Of a stretch of DNA of 20,000 nucleotides, positions 9,232 through 18,501 are shown piece by piece. The DNA is from Coniocarpon cinnabarinum (taxonomy: Eukaryota), in NCBI GenBank assembly GCA_051942205.1, contig JAVECO010000126.1, positions 48,101 to 68,100 on the forward strand. The letters are read 5' to 3'. Numbering within the stretch: the first letter of the stretch is position 1; every line of letters begins with the position of its first letter. The position numbers were made by a program, and so were the translations under genes. The notes beneath the pieces are model-generated. The model worked only from the letters and a program-made list of their open reading frames with translations. It made no database searches and had not been told where the DNA came from.

Positions 9232-10301
9232 TTACGTCGGAGAAAAATACAAAAAATATACGGACCACCTGGGTCCCCGAATTGTGGCTAGACCGTCCGG
9301 ATTCAGGGTCCTAGGCGACTTGAGCAATAACGCCGTAACCGGCAAATTCCTCTCAGGGTCATATTTGATCATACCATCGTCATCAATCTGTTGGTCACCA
9401 GACAACTTCACAACAAATGCTAATTCTCGTCTTCTTACCGAATAGAATGACGCATTCGAAGCGTTCAGAATCCGCTTTAATTGAGTAGCAATATGACAGA
9501 GGACAACCATGAGAAACGCTTCTTCCGGGCATAAGAAGGGAACGCTTTCTTCCAAAGTGAATCGATTTGAGACAGTTGTGATACGTCGTCAAATCGTCAC
9601 TTATCTCAATGGACGCTCTTTGCAAGTGCATAAGTACATCAAGATCCGTCCAGCAACCGCGCACACTCTCGGGTATTGCGATCATCTTCCTAGGCATCAG
9701 ATCACATCAAAAACGCAATTTGCATTGTGAAATACTTTGGACCGTCGCAATAGGCTTGAGTCTGTTGGCGCAGCCACGCGAAATTTTAATGCGTTGTCAT
9801 TTGAGTGAGGACAAAAGAGATGTTTAACCGGAGATTCGAAAGTATCATAAGAATATTCTGAAAAGCCGGAGTCAAGACCATGATTTACCTCACACACAAA
9901 GTGCTCTACATTCTCTTGTAAAACAGGGAATACGCTTGATAGCTAGAGAAGTCCAAAGTTACACTGCTGGGCCTGAAAACTACTACTGTCAAAGTACTCC
10001 AGACTGCACTTGCAACTTTTGGAGGCGCTCTTCAAGTGTCCTCTAAAGACCAATCTTGGTTGTGTCGCAGTTAATGTAATGTCTCCTCTGATAGGCAATC
10101 GGACATAGCGTATTCCTAGACTGCTCTGGAATAATTTAAAAGTCTTCGAAGACAAAGTGGCCTAATTACTGATCTACCGCACGTTTCGAAACATCTATTC
10201 ACTGCTGCATGACCGCTCCATCTCGCCAGTCTGGCTATGAGACAGTCTGGAGATTCCTCGATTTCCGTATCACGATGTAGCTTTTCGTACTTGGATAGCA
10301 T
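9232..10301 (-). pseudogene. Possible decayed ORF of unknown family
   Basis: Collinear minus-strand ORF fragments tile the interval (10116-10301, 9943-10155, 9697-9897, 9395-9697, 9232-9555). Three share one frame, and 10155-9697 is broken by a single TAG (9945-9943). No recognisable domain. Confidence 0.2.
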
Positions 10302-11031
10302 GCGCAGAGCCCAGTGCTGACAGCGTCACTGGAGGAACCCGGAGAAAAGTCTACACTCTTGAGCGGCGGGTGATTATGGCGATCCGTGGAGCATATGCGC
10401 TGTACAACTTGGTTCAAACGAAGTCTGCACTGCTCGAAACCAAGGCCTTACCGAGAGAAGTGACGAAACACAGGTGCAGGTACAACTCCCGACGCAGGTC
10501 GAGGCCAGGGAGCGATCCCTACGCGTTTTCAATACCGGTGATATCTCGTCTAGCCTTATTGTCCGACGTCGCAGGCTAGGATGCTAGTCCCTATCTATTG
10601 AGAGTAGCTGTCTCGAATTGCACTTCCAGGACATCCTCGCCTCCCAGAGTTATTAGGAGGGAGTCTATGCAGCATTTGGGACGAATACGTGTCAGCAATG
10701 CTTGACAACATGCGTGTGGTCTGCATTGAGTTCTGGACCGTTGCCGTGAGCTGCCGGCAGATCGATGCAAGCCAGATCCGAAGATGAATACCTCCAACTA
10801 CGATCCTGGTCATCGCAACAGATATAGATATACACCACAAGAAGCATCTTCCTAGACTTTGGCAAGGATCATGGGGCAACGTCATCCACTACTTTCGCCA
10901 GACATGTTCATGAAGTCTAGGTAGCCTCTCGAACGACTGAATAAATCCTCCGACTCTGCCAGGATCATAGGATGTATTGTTACACAAGTTTCAGCAAGCA
11001 TCACGTGATCATGCTTGTTAGGTGCTTCACA

Positions 11032-11978
11032 ATGGATTGGATTCTCAAAGTATTCGAACTATTCTCTTGTCTTGGCCACCAAGAGTCGGATCTGCATCTT
11101 CCAAAAAAGTCTAATGAGAGTTTCGACAAGCTACAGCTCTTCATTGAGTATCCACCCAACATCGTCGTGAAGCGACAGCACCGGCAAACTAGTAAGAACA
11201 GCAGCTCCAAACTCACTGTCATCACAGAGTATCAGTGCACTGTCAAATGGGGTCCTGATTTATCTCTTGCGGAGTGCCAAGCACAGTGGTACGCTCGAGT
11301 GATGCTGCTCCCGCATGGCATACCTGTCCCCCAAACCTTTGGATGGCGCACGTATGAAGGGAATCGATTCCTGTATATGGAACTCGTGCCCGGTCAAGAG
11401 TATTACCACCTCAACCATATGCACGCAGTGGGGGAAGTTGACAGGAGAAAAATTGCGGATACCATTCGAGAATGGATACGCGTTTGCGAAAGCGTCGTGC
11501 CGCCTCGAAGCCTTGCTTCAGACTGTGAGTGTAATTAATCATGACTTTCCATACTTCTCGCATTCCCGGCTTATTTTGACAATCAGACAACCTGAACCAG
11601 CATGTCTTTCCTTTCAAAAAGGTACCTGGCCTTGACAATAAAGCGCAAGACATCAGAGACGCCGGACTAGGTTCTTCACCACCATATTACTTTGCCCATG
11701 GGGGATTGCACGGACATAACATTATGTTGGAATGCCAACACGGCCACTGGCGTATCTCTGGGCTTGTTGATTGGGAAAAGGCTGGCTGGTATCCCAAAAA
11801 CTGGCAGCGAGAAGCATGGCGGGCGCGATGCGAGAAGCTGGAAAGAGAAGCGACCATGACAGACCCAGACTACGCTCGCACATACCCAGGACAGCTATGG
11901 CGAGATCTGACTGGGCTGCTCGACCGAGCTCAAATGTCTCACACAGATGAGCGCGAAGCAGGACCAACTCAATCGTAG
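11032..11978 (+). CDS. APH/choline-kinase-like (protein-kinase-like fold) phosphotransferase family protein, probably catalytically altered: join(11032..11524,11587..11978), ~294 aa; alternative upstream ATG at 10972
   Basis: N-lobe TVKWGPDLSLAECQ, GIPVPQTFGW and FLYMELVPG. A 62-nt intron 11525-11586 (GTGAGT..TTGAC..CAG) joins in frame to YFAHGGLHGHNIML...ISGLVDWEKAGWYPKNW, the typical C-terminal motifs of fungal APH-like proteins. ATG 11032 has strong CACA-ATG-G context. Confidence 0.8.
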
Positions 11979-12100
11979 GTAGTATCCCTTCGTAGGTAAA
12001 CCCTCGGACATGCGACACACAAACGCCTGAGAGCCAAGGACTCCATAAGGCTGCTACTACGGGATGATGATTGGTGGGTACCCGACCTGGGTACAAAGGT

Positions 12101-12108
12101 TGACGTCA
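12101..12108. promoter_or_regulatory. CRE/ATF-type palindrome TGACGTCA
   Basis: Perfect 8-bp site ~515 bp upstream of the ATG at 12622. A single occurrence could be chance. Confidence 0.25.
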
Positions 12109-12621
12109 GCGGATCCAATGCGAGCCGAACCCGCTGGACTAGCGTGGGGGCAGGCACTAGTGAAACTGGGCGCGGTTTCAACTGCAAATCATCCCCCAAA
12201 CTCACTCCCAAACTGCACAACTACCTGCAGTACTTCTTGAATTTTGAAGTTCAATCCATTGCGCAGGCAGTCCATTGCCGATAACCTCGACTTGCGAGCG
12301 CATCTGCTCAGTTCTTGGAGCCGTGAACGCAAGGCTCGACCTTTGTTTTGAAATTTGGGTCACGGAGCCCCCCCACCTTGCGCCGCCATTCTCTGCCGTC
12401 AACAAACGTTGTTTGGAGTTGATGCACAGACTCGTACTTGTCGAAGGACTGTAACAACATCATCAAGGTGCAAATATGTCTGCGCCAACTCTGATTAACC
12501 TCCCTCCCCCACCCTCCGATCCAGTGACTCCTTCGGACATCCCGTGAGTCGCTGGCCCAGCCATTGAACCTCCCTACCCACTGACATAGCCAGGGGTACA
12601 CCTAATTCTGCCACCACCTCA

Positions 12622-13434
12622 ATGTCCGAGCTTTCAACTGTGGCCATCAAGGATGGACATCGTGGCCATCCTCACCACCATTCCCATCGTCAGCCTCAGT
12701 CAGCTGCCGATGGCGCTGACGCTGAACGAGCTGATCGGATCTCGCGCTTAGCTGGTCTTGAGCGCGTGTCCACGGTCCGACAATCATCGACTGCCAGCAC
12801 CCCGGCCGGCACATCTACCACCTCTCAAGGTCCTGGCTATTTCGAGCCACCCACGGCACCTGCAAATACCAACAAAGAGCGCAGCACCGTGGGGAGCGCC
12901 AGTGCCACAGGCAGTGTTGGGGGTCGCACCACGTGGGCGAGCGGCAGTGATGCATTTGACAACACCACTGATAAGATGAGCGAGGATCAGGACATGGACG
13001 CGAGCAGCACCGGTGGCTTCTCTGATGAGGGCAACGCCAGTCTGGTTGGATTCGGGGAGGCTGCCAGTAGCACGGTCAGCGGACCCGTCTCCACCACTGC
13101 CGCCCGCGCAACCCATCGTGGAAGTCTGCAGCCACCTCGCAGCAGCGGCATGGCAGCGCCGCCTTCAAGAGACTCGACCACAGTCCCCATGCAAGGCCTC
13201 TCTCCGCCCACACCCCGCCAGGACGCGCGCATGATCGACGGGATGACCACCGATTCGAGCGTCGTCGACAGTGCATATCACGGGCCGCGTGCCGTTGGCA
13301 ATGATGGAGACGCCGAGCGCATCATGAGCGACCACATGGACATCTCAAGCGAAGGCGGCATGAGCGCGCCCGGTGTTCGCCATGACGGACAGAAGGAGCT
13401 TGGCAAGTTTGGTTTTGAAGACGGGGGGCAGTGA
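12622..13434 (+). CDS. Hypothetical low-complexity Ser/Thr/Gly-rich protein (270 aa), probably a conserved filamentous-ascomycete family
   Basis: ATG-initiated 813-bp ORF with coding-like codon bias. Blocks ERADRISRLAGLERV, KERSTVGSASATGSVGGRTTWASGSD and SDEGNASLVGFGE resemble uncharacterised Pezizomycotina proteins (from memory, unverified). Confidence 0.75.
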   Translation: MSELSTVAIKDGHRGHPHHHSHRQPQSAADGADAERADRISRLAGLERVSTVRQSSTASTPAGTSTTSQGPGYFEPPTAPANTNKERSTVGSASATGSVGGRTTWASGSDAFDNTTDKMSEDQDMDASSTGGFSDEGNASLVGFGEAASSTVSGPVSTTAARATHRGSLQPPRSSGMAAPPSRDSTTVPMQGLSPPTPRQDARMIDGMTTDSSVVDSAYHGPRAVGNDGDAERIMSDHMDISSEGGMSAPGVRHDGQKELGKFGFEDGGQ

Positions 13435-13746
13435 TGGCGCGGTCCACAGGAGCGGGATGTGACTAGAGCGAGGTATACCCAATGGCTTGTTTACGAATGA
13501 CTGCGCCGGTGCGCTGTGAGGTGATGAAGACGTTGATGCAGACAAGAGCTCATGTACGACTACACAGGCAGAGGGATGCTGTTTTATGTATGTACTTGTG
13601 AGTGCATGCAGAGAAGCGATGGAATTTTCATTACTAACAAGATGCGGAGCACGCTCTTGTCCGTGCATTCCTGAATGCGGGTGGACGCGTGTAGATCGAC
13701 CGTTTGTGCAAGTGGTGGGGGGCAGCGCTGGGGATCCTCAGCAAGA

Positions 13747-13800
13747 GTCACGTGGTGGTGCCGAGTAGTGCCTTAGGGAGTGACGGTGACGTGTCACGTG
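13747..13800. promoter_or_regulatory. E-box (GTCACGTG) pair plus TGACG half-sites upstream of eIF2A
   Basis: GTCACGTG at 13747-13754 and 13793-13800; TGACG at 13781 and 13787; a third TCACGTG at 14058-14064. Cbf1/bHLH-type consensus. Confidence 0.4.
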
Positions 13801-13928
13801 TCGAGAACGCAGGGACATCTGCCAGCTCCTGAAACAGCTAGCGCTCACGGCGCTTTCAGAGCCACACTCCGAGACCCTTCGTAAGAATTACCTGCGGTAC
13901 CTTGCTCCGTTCCTGGCGCTCGCTGGCA

Positions 13929-13994
13929 CTCCTTCTCGCTTCTTCCCTCTCTTCCTCCTCCTCTTCCACCTTCTAGCCTCTTCTCGTCCCCTTT
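13929..13994 (+). promoter_or_regulatory. Pyrimidine (CT)-rich tract, typical of fungal core promoters and 5' leaders
   Basis: ctccttctcgcttcttccctctcttcctcctcctcttccaccttctagcctcttctcgtccccttt, ~330-390 bp upstream of the eIF2A ATG. Confidence 0.45.
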
Positions 13995-14320
13995 GAGCCA
14001 TCCCCGTCGTTGCTCTCACCCATCCGCAGAGGGGTCTACCGGCGCCTCGGATCCTCTTCACGTGCACCTGTGCTTGTTCGGCGATCCAAGCTTCCCTCTG
14101 ATCGAGTTTCTGATCAAAGGATTCAGCAGACCCCTGTCCGAACGTTCAGATCAAGCCAGTGTGCGGCATTGCTTCTTTGTAGAAGACGTCTTGATTTCCT
14201 CGTGTCCATCCCGGAAGTCGACAAGTGTCACTTAGCTCAGCTGTCTTGGCTCTTCTACAAATACCAATTCCAGACCCTGCACAGCATCCGATTCGAAGCG
14301 CCCTGTGTCTTTAACTAGAC

Positions 14321-16996
14321 ATGGCTGAACCCACTCAGATCGCCTGTGCGTCATCCTGACTCTGTCATCCAGGCTTCTGCCAGGACTCTAGGCTAACGCA
14401 GCATCTAGTCCGAACGCTGAAGGGTGTCGGGATTCTCAACACAGCTCCCGCATATCAGCCTCTTCCTGGCTTCGAGAGGTTCGTTTGATCATCCTGTGCA
14501 CAGATCGCTGTCTTCGTCGACTTGCAACTTGTCTTTTCTCGGCCTACCTATTTTAACACTCACATGCTAACGCAAAAGCAGACCTGAGGGCAACATCCGC
14601 TGCACTGCCTACTCCCCCGATGGGCGATATTTTGCTTGGGCTTCGCCAGAACAGTGAGCCTTACGCTCCGTGTCAAACCCCCGTATCAGTGTTGACCGAC
14701 ATATTCTTAGGGTCTCAGTCGTTGAGTCATCCGTCGGTTCCGTGGTGACTGCCCTTCCCGCGCAGAATGTGTTTGAGCTTGGCTTCTCTCCCCACGGGAA
14801 CTACATCATCAGTTGGCAGCGTCCCTCGAAAGATGAGAACGGGGATGCTACGAAAAATCTGAAAGTGTGGAAGACCGTCGATCCTGAGGCTACTGTTGAC
14901 ACCCAACGTACTGTGGTTGGTCAATTCGTGCAGAAGAATCAGACGGGCTGGAACCTGCAGTATACTGCCGACGAAGAGTTCTGTGCTCGTATCGTCACTA
15001 ACGAGATTCACTTTTACCAAAGTGGCGACCTCGGCACTGTTTGGAACAAGCTACGAGTGGAGGGTGCGAGCGACTTTGCTGTTGCACCGGGCAAGGAGCA
15101 TTCAGTTGCGGTCTTTGTCCCGGAGCGCAAAGTACGACACTCCAATCGCTATTCTTCATCCAGCTCGGCTAACATCTGTCCTAGGGCGCGCCTGCTGTTG
15201 TGAAAGTCTTCAACGTTCCCAAGTTCGACCAGGCTGTGTCCCAGAAAACGTTTTACAAGGCCGACAAAGTGCAGCTGAAATGGAATGCAACGGGCAGCAG
15301 CATCATTGTATTGGCATCGACTGACGTCGACAAGAGCAATCGCAGCTACTATGGGGAGAGCAACATGTTCATTCTGAGTGCGAATGGCGGGTTTGATTCT
15401 AGAATTCAACTCGGTAAGTGTCGACATCCCTCAACTGCCATTGCACCTTGCTAATATGTATCACGCATAGACAAGGAAGGCCCAATCCATGATGTGACGT
15501 GGTCTCCTAGTGCTAAAGAATTCGGAGTGGTCTATGGCTATATGCCCGCCAAGACCACCATATTTAACGAGCGCGCTGAGACGCAACATAATTTCAGTCT
15601 TGGCCCGCGCAATACGATTCTCTTTTCTCCTCATGGTCGTTTCGTTCTCATTGCTGGCTTTGGAAACTTGGCCGGAACCTTGGACATCTACGATCTGCAG
15701 AAGGACTATGAGAAAGTTGCGACCATTGAAGCAAGCAACGCTAGCGTGTGCGAGTGGAGTCCTGATGGGACACACATTCTCACTGCTACGACATCTCCCC
15801 GCTTGCGCGTTGATAATGGAGTACGAATATGGCACGTGAGCGGAGCACTCATGTACAACGAGGATATGACGGAGCTGTACGATGTTCAATGGCAGCCTCA
15901 ATCACCAATTCAATACCCACTCACTGACCCGCTGGCCTCTGCGCCCAGCCCACACCCATCAGCAATGGAGCATCTCGGTCGAGCCAAGACGCCATCAAAG
16001 CCCGCAGGTGCGTATCGGCCACCTGGTGCTCGTGGCACTTCAACACCTTTGCATTTCAAACGCGAGGATCAAGGAGGATCAGCTTTCATTAGCGATGGGT
16101 TGGGGTCGTCCGGATCAGGTTTGAATGGCCTCGCGAGTCGAGGGCGACGAGCTGTTCCGGGTGCAGAACCCAGCGATCCGTCCAATCGTCCTCTGCCACC
16201 AGGTGCAGCCCCCGGTGGTGGAGTCAGCCTGACGTTACCGGAAGGAGAGGAAGGGCTGTCGAAAGCAGCGTTGAAAAACAAAAAGAAGCGAGAAAATAAA
16301 AAGGCACGCGATGCAGACAACAAGGGCGGCGAAGGGGGAGCTGGTGGCACTAACGGTCTGCTGGATGTTCAGGGATCAGCTCAGAAGAACGAGACGAGCC
16401 GGTCGCGAAATCGCAGTCGAAGTCGCAATCGAGACGGCGGCCGTGGTGAAGGACGTGGAGGAGGCGCTGCAGGTGACGCTAGCGCCAAAAAGGAGGGACG
16501 TATCCCCGAGCGGAGCAGCAATCGCAATCGCAGCAGCGCACGCAGATCGGGCGCCGAGCCCAGTCCCAGTCCGGCACCGGGGAGTCGAAAACCGAAGAGT
16601 CAAGAGAAGAAAGAGAATGGCCAACTGCCCGGCAGCAAGAGCTCTCAGGCCCGAGGGGTGGCTCCTACGCCTCGAGCGCAACAGCCCAATGGGACGAGCA
16701 AGACCGACAAATCCAAGCTGCCGCCAATAGATCTCGGATTCGAGCCTCCCGGACCGCCGCCCATCCCAGAGATTGCGGAGACACTGGCATCGCCCCAGAC
16801 CCCGGTAACACCGGGATCGGGGACGCCACACGAGAAGAAGGTGCGGGCGCTGATGAAGAAGCTGCGGGCGATTGACGAGCTCAAGATGCGACAAGCTGGT
16901 GGGGAGGCGCTGGAGCTGAGTCAAGTGAGCAAGATTCAGAGCGAGGAGAAGGTGCGACAGGATCTGGAGAGTCTGCAAAAGGTGGGTGGGAGTTGA
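14321..16996 (+). CDS. EIF2A: Eukaryotic translation initiation factor 2A (beta-propeller eIF2A, not eIF2-alpha): join(14321..14345,14409..14478,14582..14653,14711..15131,15185..15413,15471..16996), 780 aa
   Basis: Five GT-AG introns (63, 103, 57, 53, 57 nt) with GCTAAC/GCTAAT/TTGAC branch sites give a 2343-nt open frame. Motifs: TDVDKSNRSYYGE, LDKEGPIHDVTWSP, FGVVYGYMPAK, AGFGNLAG, TATTSPRLRVDNG, AYRPPGARG and C-terminal KKVRALMKKLRAIDELK. Confidence 0.95.
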
Positions 16997-17524
16997 AGGA
17001 GAGGGTAGCAGAGGCGTGGGCTAGGGATTCGAAATTAACCGCATCTGGCTGCTGCTCCGGAAAGGGTGAGAAGATGTTGTCGTTGTTGTTGTCGTGCATG
17101 CGCAGCTCGCAAGCGGCGGTGAGGAAGTGGTCGAGGAGGATGAACGAGGTGGGCATCGAGGGGCGTTTTGTAGCTCCTCGAGATGCGTGGAGTTGACAGT
17201 GGGATGCAGCTGTTGCACGGGGGAGGATTCAGTTTGACAAGCTTGGAAGGCTGACAGCACCGGGCCGGGCAGTGGAGTGGGTGTGGGTTGGTGCCCGTGT
17301 TGTGCGAGGAGCGGACCTTGCGGGACCCGCGTGTTCGGCAAGCGGAGTGCGCTCGGCGACGGTGGGGGCTAGTCTCTGATGGATATCTACGATGGACGAC
17401 GCCCATGCAACGACAACGTGGCGACCACTGCAGCAAAAGGGCACCGGGGACCCTGATCGTCCCACACAGTTGCCCTGTGTCGCTGGGAAGACGAGGCTTG
17501 TGCGAGCGTGCGAAGAGGGCGTGG

Positions 17525-17544
17525 GATGCGATGTGATGCGATGC
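17525..17544. repeat. Short pentanucleotide microsatellite (GATGY)x4
   Basis: GATGC GATGT GATGC GATGC read directly. Confidence 0.6.
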
Positions 17545-18330
17545 GGACGCTGCCGTGGAGATCGTCGCCGCGACTTGCTCTTCCCAGTGCTGCGACGCCC
17601 GAGTCGTGGAGAACTCCACGTGCACGGACCCGACCGCTGCGACTTCATTGGCTGGGCGTCCATCTGTCCCACGCGGATCGTGGTCATGGTCATGGCAATC
17701 GTGGCACTCGTCAGCTCTCCAACACGCCTGTGCGCCGGAACTGTGGACTCACAATCTGTCCGTCAGCCCCCGCCATCTGCACCGCTAGCAGCCACGTGAG
17801 AGAGTCAGCGCGCAGCAACCTCTTCCTCTCCCGCCCGTCCTTACATACCCTCGACCCTCCCTCCGTCGCTCTGCTGGTCCCTCGCGTCCACTCCCCTCGC
17901 CAACCGCTGCGCTGGTCTCGCCTGTACTTCGTTCTGTCTGTCGCTTGTCCAACGTTCGACGTGTCGTTGCTCCTGCGCCACAACTGCTTCCTGTACGAGC
18001 TTGTTGTGTACGAACGACCAGCGAGGCTGGTTGCGACCCACGCATCTCCACAAACAAGCTTTGCGAACAGCCCCAGGAACGGACCTCTTCTGAAACAAGC
18101 CGGCGCAAGCATCGTTGCTATTACCGCATGCCGTCCAGACACCACACCTCATTCCCCGCGACCCACCTGGTGGCTTCTTGTATGGTGCTGTTCGCGACAC
18201 CTATACAGCTCCGCCAAGCTTCGTCACCACCTCCTTGAGCTACTGTCGGACACTTACAGACAAGACGGTCACCATCTACTGTTGACGGCGCAGCTCCAAC
18301 TTCATCGAGGCCGATCTGAAACGTGTTACT

Positions 18331-18457
18331 ATGAGGATCTCGCATGAAGCGCCTCGTTGAGCCACTGCCACCAGATACGGCCGCCGCAACGACGAGCTTC
18401 TTGTTCGGCGCATCGCAGCAGCGCCGTCCATACACACGCGACGTGCTCTTGACCTGA
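18331..18457 (+). other. Two overlapping candidate uORFs ahead of the 18502 gene
   Basis: 18331-18360 encodes MRISHEAPR*; 18344-18457 encodes MKRLVEPLPPDTAAATTSFLFGASQQRRPYTRDVLLT*, ending 44 nt before the main ATG. This depends on the TSS lying upstream. Confidence 0.3.
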
Positions 18458-18501
18458 CAGCGCACAAACAGCGACTCCATCACACAGATCGCGCCCTCAC
18501 C

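Noticed and set aside
12064..12110. ATGATGA followed by a GTACCC/GGGTAC hairpin as a snoRNA
   Set aside because: No CTGA D box at a suitable distance, and a 6-bp stem is expected by chance.
16376..16978. 200-aa minus ORF inside eIF2A
   Set aside because: Antisense shadow of a GC-rich, low-complexity coding region.
17508..18347. 279-aa plus ORF whose TGA overlaps the uORF ATG (ATGA)
   Set aside because: Arg/Leu/Pro-rich composition with no domain, in GC-rich sequence where several frames are open; most likely non-coding promoter or leader.
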